Assembly (NCBI GenBank): GCA_965213705.1
Contig: OZ243913.1
Coordinates: forward strand, 2,592,001-2,656,000
Origin: Trueperaceae bacterium
GTDB lineage: Bacteria > Deinococcota > Deinococci > Deinococcales > Trueperaceae
Length of the DNA: 64,000 nt
Direction of reading: 5' to 3'
The number at the start of each line of letters is the position of its first letter. Position 1 is the stretch's first letter. The position numbers were made by a program, and so were the translations under genes. A model generated the notes under the pieces. That model saw nothing but the letters and a program-made list of their open reading frames with translations, ran no database searches and was not told the origin of the DNA. This document shows, piece by piece, positions 45,681 through 60,596 of the stretch.

Positions 45681-45835
45681 CTGCTAAAGCGGACGCAGCC
45701 GGCTTCGCTGGTGCCAGTGCCAACTGAAATTAGGGGTTTATACCCTCCCACGTTGGGACAATTAAAAGCTCTCTGGTGCCTGTCTCCACTTACGTCTAGC
45801 ACGCAGTTTTTAACAAGTAGCAACCGACATTATTT

Positions 45836-46087
45836 TTAACTACCCAACGGTAAAACCTCTATATACCAGACCTCGTCATAGTAAAAAACCTCGTTCGCAT
45901 AACCTCCCTTGTCGGTGAGGTCGACCCCTTGCAGAAAACTTTCAACCCCGCTGTACGCCAAAAAAGGACCGACCACACCTGCGCCCTGGGCGTCCCAGGC
46001 GTTCGGCGCGATGACAAAGGCGCTTAGTAAAAACTTAGGCGCGGCGCGGTCTTCGTCTCTTTGGGCGGGCGTCAGCTTGCGCTTCAC
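45836..46087 (-). CDS. Small hypothetical protein (83 aa), last gene of the GT operon
   Basis: GTG start overlapping the upstream TGA (GTGA), AGGGG RBS. Confidence 0.55.
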   Translation of the reverse strand: MKRKLTPAQRDEDRAAPKFLLSAFVIAPNAWDAQGAGVVGPFLAYSGVESFLQGVDLTDKGGYANEVFYYDEVWYIEVLPLGS

Positions 46088-47181
46088 AGCGTTACCCCTT
46101 TGTAGGTCAGGTAACCTCGGCGCAGCCCTGTCCGTTTGGAGGCACGCCGCACGTAGGCCTCCCCACGTGCCAGCTCTTCCCAGCGCTGCGCGACCCTGGA
46201 CAGGCGAAACTGAGGGTTGACCCCCACCTTCGGGCGGCCCTCGGTGTACCAGCCGAGCAGCCGCGCCTTGACCGCCTCGGGATTGTCGGCGTTGACAAGC
46301 TGTCGGGCGTCGCCCAGCACTTCGGGGGCCGCGCCCGCGGCGTGGGTCAGCACGGGCGTACCGAGCGCGTTGGCCTCGGCGAACACCAGTCCGAAGGTCT
46401 CTTTGAAACTCGACTGTGGGTAAAACACGCAAAACGCCGTACGGACCTGCGCGAGAACCTCACGGTGCGACAGCGGTCCCAACACTTCGACACCGTCTGT
46501 AGATATGCCGGGCTCGAGCGCGATATAGCCGGGGTTGGCAATGTAAAGCTTCACACTCGGTCGGGCACGGCGTAGGTGTTCGAAGGTTTGCAGTACCTGC
46601 GTTAGCCCTTTGTGGGGCGAGCTGAAGAAAACGAGCTTGTCCGGGTCGTAGTCGCCGCCAGGCGCTAGGTCGTCGCCGACGGGATTGTACACGTGCGTGA
46701 CCTTCGGAAAGCGCTCCGGCGTCGTCACCGTCGGCTTAGCTTCGTAAGAACGCAGGAACTCGCGCAGGCACGCCTCGTGCGTTTTGGACACGGTTACCAG
46801 GGTGCAGTCGTGCTCGAGCGCTAAAGCGCTCAACCGCTTACGGTTTTTACCCGGAAAGCAGTGCGACCACAAAAACAGCCGCGCCGCGCCGTAGCGGCTG
46901 CGTACCTCTTTCAAGATTTTGAACGAGTTGATAACCAGTACCGCGTCCGGCTTGTCCGTGTAGAGAACGCCCTTAAACACATAAGGAACGTAACGCACGC
47001 CCGCAGGGTCCGTGTAAAAGACCTCGCGCCCCTTTTGCGCGACGGTGACGCCGTGACCCCGCGTCGCCAGTGCGCCCGCCACGCGCACCACGGTCGCTTC
47101 GGTGCCACCTAAAGCCTCACTCGAGAGGGTCCGGTCACAGTAGGGCTTGGGGCAGTTCGCGTCTATAACGAGCAGGTTCAC
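46084..47181 (-). CDS. GT-B (family 4-like) glycosyltransferase
   Basis: LGGTEAT, FFSSPHKGL and ETFGLVFAEA.A.GTP motifs. Confidence 0.88.
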   Translation of the reverse strand: MNLLVIDANCPKPYCDRTLSSEALGGTEATVVRVAGALATRGHGVTVAQKGREVFYTDPAGVRYVPYVFKGVLYTDKPDAVLVINSFKILKEVRSRYGAARLFLWSHCFPGKNRKRLSALALEHDCTLVTVSKTHEACLREFLRSYEAKPTVTTPERFPKVTHVYNPVGDDLAPGGDYDPDKLVFFSSPHKGLTQVLQTFEHLRRARPSVKLYIANPGYIALEPGISTDGVEVLGPLSHREVLAQVRTAFCVFYPQSSFKETFGLVFAEANALGTPVLTHAAGAAPEVLGDARQLVNADNPEAVKARLLGWYTEGRPKVGVNPQFRLSRVAQRWEELARGEAYVRRASKRTGLRRGYLTYKGVTL

Positions 47182-48161
47182 CGCGCTACCCCGGCTACTT
47201 CCGGCACACCTGTGAGCGCCTCGCGCGTCCCGCGCGTGTGGGGCACCCGCTCGTTAAAGGTGAGCAGGTCGGGATTGCTGACGTAAGAGAGGTTTACGCC
47301 ACTCAGGTCTATCTCGGCACGCAGCTCGCGCCGCAGCTCGGGGCGACCGAAGTTTTTTAGGATAGTACGGGTGCGGCTGCGCACCTCGTTACGGTCGCGC
47401 ACCCGCTTGTCGCCCCGGTAGCCGGTCACCTCGTCCACCGTGAGCGAGGCGGGCATCTCTATCTTGGTTAAAAGAGGTTGCTCTAAGTAATAGTACAAAA
47501 AGCCGCAGCCGAGCGTCCGGTTGCGCAGCTCGCGGTCCTCCTCGACCGAGTCTAAGTAGCCGCCCACCTCCTCGAACACGCGCTTGCGGAACAGCCCTGA
47601 GTTGATGAGTATCCAGTCGCCCTCGGTCTTGGAAGGAAACTGTAGCGTCGGGAAAAAGTCGTCTATCAGAGACAAACACTTTGCCATCCGGTGGACGCTG
47701 CCGTTCAGCTTGATCATGTCGTGGGCACCGACCACAATGTCGATGTCCATCTCTTGCCCGTCCCGGTAGCCCATAAGCGGCCAGTCGAGGATGGGGTCGG
47801 CGACGTGTCCGGGCTGCGCCAAGGCTCGAGCCTGCATAAGCACCTTGTTCACGTCGGGCAGGTCGTCGGAGTCGTGGAAGGTGATGGCGTCGTAGTCGGA
47901 CAATAAGATGGAAACGTTTTTCGCGTTGGCGGTCCCGACGTTGCGGCTCAGCTTTAAGTAACAAAAGTTCGGGTGACTAAAGTAACGCTCGACCACCTGC
48001 CGGGTTTCGTCCGTAGAGCCGTCGTCCACCACCGTCACGCTCACGTTGTGGTAACTTTGACCAAGCGCCCCGTCGATAGCTTTCCTCAGGCAAAACGCGC
48101 GGTTGTACGTCGGAATGGTGATGTTGACTTTTAGGTCCTGTAAATCCTGAACGGTCGTCAC
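47178..48161 (-). CDS. Family 2 glycosyltransferase
   Basis: IPTYNR, VVDDGSTD and HDSDD motifs. Confidence 0.9.
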   Translation of the reverse strand: MTTVQDLQDLKVNITIPTYNRAFCLRKAIDGALGQSYHNVSVTVVDDGSTDETRQVVERYFSHPNFCYLKLSRNVGTANAKNVSILLSDYDAITFHDSDDLPDVNKVLMQARALAQPGHVADPILDWPLMGYRDGQEMDIDIVVGAHDMIKLNGSVHRMAKCLSLIDDFFPTLQFPSKTEGDWILINSGLFRKRVFEEVGGYLDSVEEDRELRNRTLGCGFLYYYLEQPLLTKIEMPASLTVDEVTGYRGDKRVRDRNEVRSRTRTILKNFGRPELRRELRAEIDLSGVNLSYVSNPDLLTFNERVPHTRGTREALTGVPEVAGVAR

Positions 48162-49727
48162 TGCTTACCCCCCACTTCTCCCCACTTTCTTGCCAAGGCG
48201 TCGTACAAAGGTACCGAAGCCAAGTAAGTTTGCCGTACCTGCCCCTGTAAGACGAGGCCGCCCAAAGGCACGAGTGCGGTGGCGAACATCAGCAGGGCAC
48301 TGCGCCCTAAGTCCCCGACCCACAGACCTACCCCCAGCAGACCAAGAGCGACCGAGAGCAAAACTGGGCTGGTCGCCTTCTGCGACGCTCTAGCAAACAA
48401 AAACTTGTCGGTGCGCTCAAACCCCAGGGGGCGACCCAGCAGACAAGCGACCCAGGCGTAAGCCCCCTCCCAGGCGAGCCCCAGGTGGCTGCCGTAAGCG
48501 ACTAAGGTACGCCTCAGCGGAGCGCCGGACCCGCGCCACAGCCTGAAAAAGATTAGCTTGGTGACTAGGTAGGTCCAAAGCGTCAGCAGGCTCAAGGCAA
48601 GCAGTACGCCGTAGACGGGCTCGGGCCGCGAGCCGAGCAGGTAGAGCAAACCCACCGGGACTAAACTCACGAGCGGCAACAAGGTGAAGTTGAACCAAGC
48701 CGTGAGCAGTACCAAAACTCCCAGCTTTTGCCCAGTACCAAGCGCCCGCTTGTCCATGCGCAAAAAATGCAGGAGGGTCTGAGCGTTGCCGAACACCCAG
48801 CGCCGCCGCTGCTTTTTGAGCGCCCTCAAGTCTGTCGGCATTAAACCGCGTCCGAGGGGCAGGTTAAGGTACACCCCCCGGTAGCCCGCCCCCAGCAGCT
48901 TGAGCCCCAGCTCGACGTCTTCGGTGATGGACGCGCCGTGCCAGCCGCCGACCTCGCGCAGCGCGTCGGCGCGAATCACGCTCACGGTGCCGGTCGAGAG
49001 CACGCTGCCCAGTCGGTTCGCCATGTTCATGTATCACGTCGAAAAAGTGAGCGTACTCGTCGCGCAGCCCGCCGTTACGCTCGCTCACGTTGGTGTACGC
49101 CTGGGGGAACTGGACCAGGGCAATTTCGGGACTCGTGAAGTGACCGAGGGCAGTCTTTAGCAGGCTCGAGTCTACGCAGTAGTCCGCGTCCAGCACCAGG
49201 ACGTACTCGGTCTCGGGGCTGGCAAGCTCGAGGCAGATGTCGAGCGCGCCCGCCTTGAAACCCGTTACGTTGTCGACATGCCGGAAGCGAAAGGGGCTAC
49301 CGAAATCATTACAAAAAGCCTCGACCGGACGCCACCGCGCCGGGTCTGCCGTGTTGTTGTCCAAAACGATGACTTCGTAATGTTCATAGTCGAGGTCGGT
49401 CAGGGAACTCAGGGTCTGCCGCACGACGTTGGGGGGCTCGTTGTGGATGGGGACGTGAACAGAAACGAAAGGTTCCTTTGTGGTACGCCGCCGCTCCACC
49501 CCGTGAGCGGGTAGGCGCGCCGCAACCAGTTGCCCCGCCGCCAGCAAAAGCGCGAACAGGAAGTTGACGATTAGGAGCGTCAGCGCTGCCCACGGCGCTA
49601 ACCACAAACACAGCACCCAAAGGGCCGCCGCCAGGGTCCAGCAGTGGTTACGGTAAAGCAAAACGACCTTACGCCGTAAAAAAGAAACGTTTTGAACTCG
49701 AGCTTCAACGTCAGTGTGGCTTTTCAC
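48158..49727 (-). pseudogene. Processive membrane GT2 (NdvB/cellulose-synthase-like) split by a +1 frameshift at 49034
   Basis: 5' frame has HVPIHNEPP, GFKAGAL, LDAD and QFPQ; 3' frame has TED and QRRRW; removing base 49034 joins them as FFDVYMNMAN. Confidence 0.85.
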
Positions 49728-49878
49728 GGTTGGCCCCCCCCGAAACCATACAAGTTACCTGTCTTTTCGTTGGTACAAGCGTAGCAACTTCAAGTTGTTA
49801 CGAAAGTAGGTTGACGTTACTATGGCTCAAAATTTGAGGTGGCATGATGGGTTAAGCAAGGTAAGGACTGGGGGGACC

Positions 49879-49995
49879 ATGTTCTATCACGACGGCAAGT
49901 TGCAACACACGATTCGCACAGACATACCCAACTCAACCTCCGTTAAAGCTGTTTTGCGAAGAGACGACGGCGAAGGGGCTCGAGGGCTAACATGA
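49879..49995 (+). pseudogene. Manganese catalase N-terminal remnant (38 codons)
   Basis: MFYHDGKLQHTIRTDIPN resembles Mn-catalase N-termini; RBS present; ATGA overlap with the next gene. Confidence 0.55.
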
Positions 49996-50516
49996 ACCCG
50001 AGCCAACTCAGCCGTGAACTCCGCAACGCCAAAACCCCCGACCTGCAACGCCGCCGCTGGATCGTCGGCTTGAACCTGCTGGGTGCAGCGATGGGACAGG
50101 TCGTTTCTCTTTATCAAACGGGCATCGTCCCGCGCCTGCCCGACCCGCCCGGTGACCTGTTCGACGCCACCAAAGTAGACGCCTCAGACTACGCCTACAA
50201 GCGTTACAACACGCCTGACGGTCTTATCATGGTGTCAACTTACGCTGCTACCGCCTGGCTCGCCGGGGCGGGGGGTAAAAACCGTGCTGAGGAGACGCCG
50301 CTTTTACCTCTCGCAATGGGTGCCAAGCTTCTTTACGACGTGGGCACGACCGTGCAGTTGGCACGAGAGGAGTGGCAGGCGAACAAAGCGCTGTGCCAGT
50401 ACTGCCAGGTCGCCACGGCTGCCACACTGGCTTCGGCGGCGCTGGCGGTGCCGGAAGTCCTGCACGCCGTGAACACCTTACGCGACGCTCCTCACCGTCA
50501 GAAGAAAGAGGCGTGA
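49992..50516 (+). CDS. Vitamin K epoxide reductase-like membrane protein
   Basis: LYQTG..RLPDPP..FDA.KVDASDYAY; CQYC redox motif. Confidence 0.8.
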   Translation: MNPSQLSRELRNAKTPDLQRRRWIVGLNLLGAAMGQVVSLYQTGIVPRLPDPPGDLFDATKVDASDYAYKRYNTPDGLIMVSTYAATAWLAGAGGKNRAEETPLLPLAMGAKLLYDVGTTVQLAREEWQANKALCQYCQVATAATLASAALAVPEVLHAVNTLRDAPHRQKKEA

Positions 50517-50614
50517 ACGGTCCCAACACGGTCAAGTCAAATTTGGAGGCGGAGCAAAAAATCAATTGAATATCAACTTGTTGCGCCGATACGTGCTCTA
50601 CACGTATCGGCGAC

Positions 50615-50848
50615 ATGATGCGCAAGAAACTGACCCTCACGGTAGATGCACAAGTCTATGAAGGGCTGCACACCGTCATTGGTCGGCGTAACATCAGCCG
50701 GTTTATCAGCGCCCTGGTTCGTCCTTACGTGTTGAAACCGGAGTTAGAAGCGGCTTACAGGCAAATGGTGGCTGACGAGTCGCGCGAGGCAGAAGCGTTG
50801 AAATGGGCGGAAGCCACGCTAAGAGCCGTACAAGATGAAACGCGGTGA
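50615..50848 (+). CDS. Antitoxin paired with MazF/PemK
   Basis: KKLTLTVD..VY.GL...IG...ISRFI..LVRP...LEAAY.QM..DE.RE.EA..WAE. Confidence 0.8.
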   Translation: MMRKKLTLTVDAQVYEGLHTVIGRRNISRFISALVRPYVLKPELEAAYRQMVADESREAEALKWAEATLRAVQDETR

Positions 50849-51157
50849 AGTTTGGTAGGTCGACTTCGAGCCGTCGTTAGGCGGCGAGATACGCAAGCAG
50901 CGGCCCGCCGGCATCGTCAGCAACGACGCTTCCAACAAGCACCTCAACCGTGTTCAGATGGTGCTCATCACCAGCAACGTAGACCGGCTCCATCCCAGTG
51001 AGGCTTACGTCACGCTCAACGGCGACTCGCGAAAAGCTGTGGCCGACCAGCTCACGACGGCCAGCAAAACACGGCTAAAAACCAGCTCGGTAGCTTGTCG
51101 GTAGAGGATGTGAAGAAAGTAGAGCACGCTATAAGGGTACAACTCAGCTTGCTGTAA
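50835..51157 (+). pseudogene. mazF: MazF/PemK toxin pseudogene
   Basis: MKRGEVW*VDFEPSLGGEIRKQRPA.IVSND...DQLTT; TAG at 50856-50858 and a frameshift in the A-run near 51080. Confidence 0.88.
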
Positions 51158-51245
51158 CATCACACGCCGTCAGAACACCAATTATCTTATCAAGCGGAAC
51201 GGGACAACGATTGTTAAACTTGTAGGGTTTTGAGGCTCGAGATGG

Positions 51246-51533
51246 ATGAACTGGGAAATATTACTCGAAAAGGTAGCTGACCAACATACCTTTTTGATTT
51301 TTGTCAAAGCGCTGATAAAGGACAAGGCGAAAGAAGAAACCTTTTCAGCGACTTCTTCTAGCAACCCCTATGGGTCAGGTGCTCAGGGGTGGGAGAACAA
51401 CACTATTGCAAGTTATTTGGAATCCTGTGTGGCATGGACTGAAGACTCGCTTGGCAGAAAAAGAGAATTGTCAGAACCTCCATCTTGGAGATTATTTGCG
51501 GAGTTTCTCTATGCGGGCAAGTATTACGAGTAG
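51246..51533 (+). CDS. Hypothetical immunity-like protein
   Basis: WENNTI..YLE...AW.ED...PSWR.FA..L.AGK.YE; low GC. Confidence 0.75.
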   Translation: MNWEILLEKVADQHTFLIFVKALIKDKAKEETFSATSSSNPYGSGAQGWENNTIASYLESCVAWTEDSLGRKRELSEPPSWRLFAEFLYAGKYYE

Positions 51534-51616
51534 TCGAGTTATAATTAAACGCTCAAATGCAAGGAACCGACTCTTTTTCCCGCCCAAAGCTGCTAAAGTC
51601 GGCTTGTGATGGAGTC

Positions 51617-52213
51617 ATGCTAGGGCGGCGGCCGACGGGGGTAGAACTCGAGTTCGGACGGGTGCGCCTGCAACCCCTCGCGGACTTGGACAAAGGGGCG
51701 TGGCAGCGCATCCACGCGCACTTCCGCGACCCCGAAATCGCTTACTTAAACGGCACGCCGCCCAACCGGATGCCCCTGTGGCTCCTTAAGCGGGTGCTCC
51801 GCGCCGACAGTCGGCGGGCCGACCGCGAAACCTTCGGCATCTTCGACGAACAGGGCGGCTATATCGGCACGGTGGAACTGTACGACATCCGTTACAGCTC
51901 GGCGACGCTCGGAATTATCATCGGCGAGAAAACGCACTGGGGGCGGGGTTACGGTCCCGAGGCGATTTCGGCGCTGCTCGAGTACGCTTTCAACACCTTG
52001 AGTTTGGACGAGGTGCGCCTTAACACCTTCGGCGACAACCTGCGCGCGCAGGCCGCGTTCAAAAAAATCGGCTTCGAGGAACAGCGCCGCGTCAGCGCGG
52101 GCAACGGCCGCACCGACGTGCAAATGACGCTTTATAAAAACGCTTGGGCGGAGCGGCGGCGAGGGGCGAGGGGGCTCGAGGCCCCGCCGCGGTACTCGCA
52201 AGCCGGGTCTTGA
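51617..52213 (+). CDS. GNAT (RimJ/RimL-like) N-acetyltransferase (start ATG 51617)
   Basis: HWGRGYG and N.RA..AF.KIGF motifs; GGAG RBS. Confidence 0.88.
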   Translation: MLGRRPTGVELEFGRVRLQPLADLDKGAWQRIHAHFRDPEIAYLNGTPPNRMPLWLLKRVLRADSRRADRETFGIFDEQGGYIGTVELYDIRYSSATLGIIIGEKTHWGRGYGPEAISALLEYAFNTLSLDEVRLNTFGDNLRAQAAFKKIGFEEQRRVSAGNGRTDVQMTLYKNAWAERRRGARGLEAPPRYSQAGS

Positions 52214-52292
52214 AAAAGGAGAAAGCGATGAGGAGAAAGTGGAAAGATAAAAACTGAAGCCACTTTCTCCTTTTTCCTTTCCACTTTCTCCT
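52214..52292. repeat. GGAGAAA-heptamer palindrome between convergent genes (probable terminator)
   Basis: AGGAGAAAG..AGGAGAAAGTGGAAAG ... CCACTTTCTCCTTTTTCCTTTCCACTTTCTCCT. Confidence 0.85.
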
Positions 52293-52295
52293 GCT

Positions 52296-56951
<4,656 letters not shown>

Positions 56952-57026
56952 TGGACCTCTTTAAACTTGCAGCGCGGCGCATGTTGTTAATGGATAAGGT
57001 CCCTTTGGCTAGGTGACCGGAAAAGC

Positions 57027-57056
57027 AGTATACCTCACAGAACTTGGGGGTGTCAA
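57027..57056 (-). promoter_or_regulatory. gltB promoter TTGACA-N18-TATACT
   Basis: Minus-strand TTGACA 57056-57051, TATACT 57032-57027. Confidence 0.7.
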
Positions 57057-57168
57057 TTTGAGCCGCGGACAAAAAAGCGTCTCAGACACACTTTTATCTG
57101 GAGGCAAAAAGCCTCGTCAGAAGTTGAATCTACGTCGTGAGAGCGACCTGGGCTAACAACGGGTATAA

Positions 57169-58773
57169 CTATGCAGAACTTACTTCGGCTGCAGCTTTCT
57201 CGAGCGGCTTAACGCCGTCTTTGAACAGCTTGTACTCGATGGCGTCGATCAGCGCCTCATAGGACGCGTTGATGATGTCGCTGCTCGCGCCGACCGTCCC
57301 CCAGGTGTCACTCCCGTCGGACGTTTCGACCTGCACCCGCACCACGCTCGCCGTGCCGGTCTCAGCCCCGGACAGCACCCTCACTTTGTAGTCGGTAAGC
57401 TTGAGGTCGGCCACGCTCGGGTAAAAGCGCACCAGGGCCTTGCGCAACGCCTCGTCGAGCGCGTTCACGGGGCCGTCACCGTTCGCCGCGGTGTGTTCCA
57501 ACTGTCCACCGACCTCGAGTTTAATCGTCGCCTCGGCGACCGGCTCGGTATCCTCGTCCCGTTTGGTGATGTTGATGTTGAAGCCGTGCAACGTGAAGTA
57601 AGGCCGGTACTCGTTTTTAACTTTCTTGCTCATGAGTTGAAACGAAGCCTCAGCGCCTTCAAAGGCGTAGCCGCGGTGCTCGAGTTCTTTCATCCGGTCC
57701 ACGACTTCCTTGACGGACGGGTCGCGACTGTCCACCTCCTCCCCGAACTCGCCCGCTTTGGCGAGCACGTTGGCCCGGCCTGACAGGTCGGACAAAAGGA
57801 TGCGCCGCGTGTTGCCGACCGCCTCCGGCGCGACGTGCTCATAGGTCGCCGGATTTTTGTTGACCGCCGAGACGTGGATGCCCCCCTTGTGCGCGAACGC
57901 CGCGTCCGACACGTAAGGGGCGCGCAAGTTGGGCTGCAAGTTCGCCCGTTCGTCGATGTACTTCGAAATATCGCGCAGTTTGCTCAGGTCTTGTGGCTGC
58001 TCGAGTCCCAACTTCAACACGAGGTTCGCAATAATGCTGACAAGGTTCGCGTTGCCACAGCGTTCGCCGTAACCGTTCATCGTGCCTTGCACGTGGCTGG
58101 CCCCCGCCTGCACCCCGGCGAGCGCGTTCGCCACCGCGAGTTCGGCGTCGTTGTGGGTGTGAACGCCCACAGGAATGTCAAACCTGGCGACGACCTCTTC
58201 AACCCGCTCGGCGATAAAGCCCGGCAGCGAGCCGCCATTGGTGTCGCATAGAACAAGTCGTTCCGCCCCGCCGTGAACGGCGGCTTGCAGCGTCTCGAGC
58301 GCATAATCTGCATCGGCCTTGTACCCGTCGAAAAAGTGCTCGGCGTCGTAGATGACGAACTTGTCTTGGAATTTCAGATACGCAACCGAGTCTTGAATCA
58401 TCTCGAGGTTCTGCCCCAACGTCGCCCCCAGCGCCTCGGTCACGTGCAGGTTCCAGGTTTTGCCGAACAGCGTGACGACGGGTGTTTCGGCCTCGAGTAG
58501 CGCAACCAAATTCGCGTCGTCCTCAGGCCGGTTGTTTTTGTGCCGCGTCGAGCCGAAGGCCGCGAGCCGTGCAAAAGCAAGCCGCTCCCCTTTCATCAGT
58601 TCGAAAAAGCGCAAGTCTTTCGGGTTCGAGCCCGGCCAGCCGCCCTCGATAAAGTCTACCCCGAAGGCGTCGAGCCGCTTGGCGATGGCGACCTTGTCCT
58701 CGGCGGTGAGGTTGAAGTTCAAACCTTGGGTGCCGTCGCGGAGGGTGGTGTCGTAGATTTCAACTTTGGACAC
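57169..58773 (-). CDS. cimA: Citramalate synthase
   Basis: YDTTLRDGTQ, GGWPGSNPKD, YDAEHFFDG and AHKGGIH motifs. Confidence 0.92.
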   Translation of the reverse strand: MSKVEIYDTTLRDGTQGLNFNLTAEDKVAIAKRLDAFGVDFIEGGWPGSNPKDLRFFELMKGERLAFARLAAFGSTRHKNNRPEDDANLVALLEAETPVVTLFGKTWNLHVTEALGATLGQNLEMIQDSVAYLKFQDKFVIYDAEHFFDGYKADADYALETLQAAVHGGAERLVLCDTNGGSLPGFIAERVEEVVARFDIPVGVHTHNDAELAVANALAGVQAGASHVQGTMNGYGERCGNANLVSIIANLVLKLGLEQPQDLSKLRDISKYIDERANLQPNLRAPYVSDAAFAHKGGIHVSAVNKNPATYEHVAPEAVGNTRRILLSDLSGRANVLAKAGEFGEEVDSRDPSVKEVVDRMKELEHRGYAFEGAEASFQLMSKKVKNEYRPYFTLHGFNINITKRDEDTEPVAEATIKLEVGGQLEHTAANGDGPVNALDEALRKALVRFYPSVADLKLTDYKVRVLSGAETGTASVVRVQVETSDGSDTWGTVGASSDIINASYEALIDAIEYKLFKDGVKPLEKAAAEVSSA

Positions 58774-58774
58774 A

Positions 58775-59701
58775 CTAACTAACTCTCAGTTGATAGTTGT
58801 ATGACTGCGTTATCAAATCGTAAAGATAGGCGAGGCGTTCGTCATCTACAACTCTTATTTCATACGAACCGTTATCCCAGTGCCCCACATTAGAAACGTC
58901 TCTGGCGATGTTTAAAGGGTCATTCAATTCACCGGCAGGCATATTGAGCCACATTTTGAGTGCTGAATTTTGTAAGTGAATATCAACAAAGTTGCGTGTC
59001 GTCCTAAATCCTAACCAAAGCTTCGTTGGCTTTAGCTCCACGTCACCCAAAGCCATAATCTGTTCTTTCAAACGCTGGTACAAGTCCAGAATATGCTCAG
59101 GCTTGCCCTCTAAGTGCTGAGCCTCGGTGACTACTTTTATTTCTTTATTAACTTCTTTAATAGGTAATTCGGCGCTCTCAGAAGAAAGAGTTTGTATACT
59201 TTCGCGTGCTCCGTCGCTCTTGATTTTGTTGAAGCTTACAAGACCTTTTTCAAATTTTTTCAGCTCCCAAAGTTCAATAGGCATATCTTGAAAGTTGATA
59301 GCTTGTCGCTGATAAGAGGTGAATGAAGGAGCAATAAATATGACTCGCGATTGTGACCAGTCAACAGTACTTCTTTGAAGTGGACTTTGCATTACCTCGT
59401 TATATTCGAGAATAAAATCAGCTTTATTGTTCAACATAGTCGAAAGATAGGCGTAACCTTGGTCGATTACACTGAAATTTTTGTCCCCCTTGTACTCGAT
59501 GATGGCAAACACTTTTGCAGAGCAATCGTAAACAAGACTGTCAATTCTGAAATCTCCTATAATGAATTCAGAGCGCACAAGTTGCAACCCTAGCATCATT
59601 TCCACGTGAGCTTCCACCAAGTTCTGCATGTCGCGCTCTCGCGCGAACGGCACTTCCCTGACAGTCAAGAAATTGTTTTCTTTTGAATGATATATTGCCA
59701 T
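58775..59701 (-). CDS. PD-(D/E)XK nuclease-like N-terminus + DUF5655 C-terminal domain
   Basis: RIDSL..D....IIEYK...SVIDQG..Y; RDVSNVGHW.NG.YE; low GC. Confidence 0.8.
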   Translation of the reverse strand: MAIYHSKENNFLTVREVPFARERDMQNLVEAHVEMMLGLQLVRSEFIIGDFRIDSLVYDCSAKVFAIIEYKGDKNFSVIDQGYAYLSTMLNNKADFILEYNEVMQSPLQRSTVDWSQSRVIFIAPSFTSYQRQAINFQDMPIELWELKKFEKGLVSFNKIKSDGARESIQTLSSESAELPIKEVNKEIKVVTEAQHLEGKPEHILDLYQRLKEQIMALGDVELKPTKLWLGFRTTRNFVDIHLQNSALKMWLNMPAGELNDPLNIARDVSNVGHWDNGSYEIRVVDDERLAYLYDLITQSYNYQLRVS

Positions 59702-59809
59702 TACCCTACCCCAACTGGCTTCTGTGAAACACCATACGCATCCTATCCTGTTACCATCTCTGGCACCAACGCGCTTTCAAAAGCTCAAGCCTCTCTTCAA
59801 CCCTCAGTG

Positions 59810-60166
59810 CTAAACAGCTTCAATCTTTCGCTCACCCGTCGCAAACTCTGTAAACGCCCGGTGAGCGGGTTCGTAGTAAGCAAGCACGATAGCCGCTTTC
59901 GGAACGCCCAGCGCCACCAAATTGTTAGCGACGCCGTGCTCCGTCCCGTCGTACTGAATCCAAATCTGCTCGCCAATCAGGTCTATTTGAATCAAGCTTC
60001 CGCAGTAACGCTTATCGCCAATCCAACCGACCTGGACAAGATGATAATGATCGCGCAATTCGTCGAAGACGAGTTGGTACTCGAGTGGCCTGACCGCCTT
60101 AGTGTTCTCCAGCTGTTCGGTCAACACCTGCTCGACAAGCTGACGGTACCTCTCTAGTTCTGCCAT
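59810..60166 (-). CDS. xisI: XisI family protein
   Basis: FDELRDHY.LV.VGW and IWIQYDGTE.GVA..LV..GVPK..IVL motifs. Confidence 0.92.
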   Translation of the reverse strand: MAELERYRQLVEQVLTEQLENTKAVRPLEYQLVFDELRDHYHLVQVGWIGDKRYCGSLIQIDLIGEQIWIQYDGTEHGVANNLVALGVPKAAIVLAYYEPAHRAFTEFATGERKIEAV

Positions 60167-60570
60167 AGCACGATTTCCTTTCGCTCAATATGATAAACGA
60201 TTAGGTTGAGCCGTTCTGTCTTCACTATGGTTTGCGTCAGGCTACGGTCGAAGAAACTGTTGTAAACCCCACTCGGCACCGCCAAATACAAAACACGTTC
60301 GGGCTCCTCGAGCGCTAACGCCGTTCGGTAGGCGACAAACTGTCCGAGTGCTCCGTAAAAGTCGTGCAGGAACGACGGACTGATAAAGCTTTTGACCTCC
60401 ACGGCAATCCGCCGCTTCTCTTTCTGCGCCGCCAACACCTTTTCCGCTCCTAAGTCAACCTGCAACGGGTTGAACTCAGGGATTATCAGCATGTACGGGT
60501 CGTGGGTTATGTCCCAGCCGTCTTTGATAAGGGCGTCTCGCACAACGTCGTGGAACTTGTCTTTTGCCAT
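60154..60570 (-). CDS. xisH: XisH family protein
   Basis: AKDKFHD.V..AL.KDGW.ITHDP, DLGAE and IAVEVKSF motifs. Confidence 0.93.
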   Translation of the reverse strand: MAKDKFHDVVRDALIKDGWDITHDPYMLIIPEFNPLQVDLGAEKVLAAQKEKRRIAVEVKSFISPSFLHDFYGALGQFVAYRTALALEEPERVLYLAVPSGVYNSFFDRSLTQTIVKTERLNLIVYHIERKEIVLWQN

Positions 60571-60596
60571 TGGTTAAGGTATCAACCTCGCGAGAA

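Noticed and set aside
50856..50858. Programmed readthrough of the TAG in mazF
   Set aside because: A second lesion (frameshift near 51080) indicates ordinary pseudogenisation
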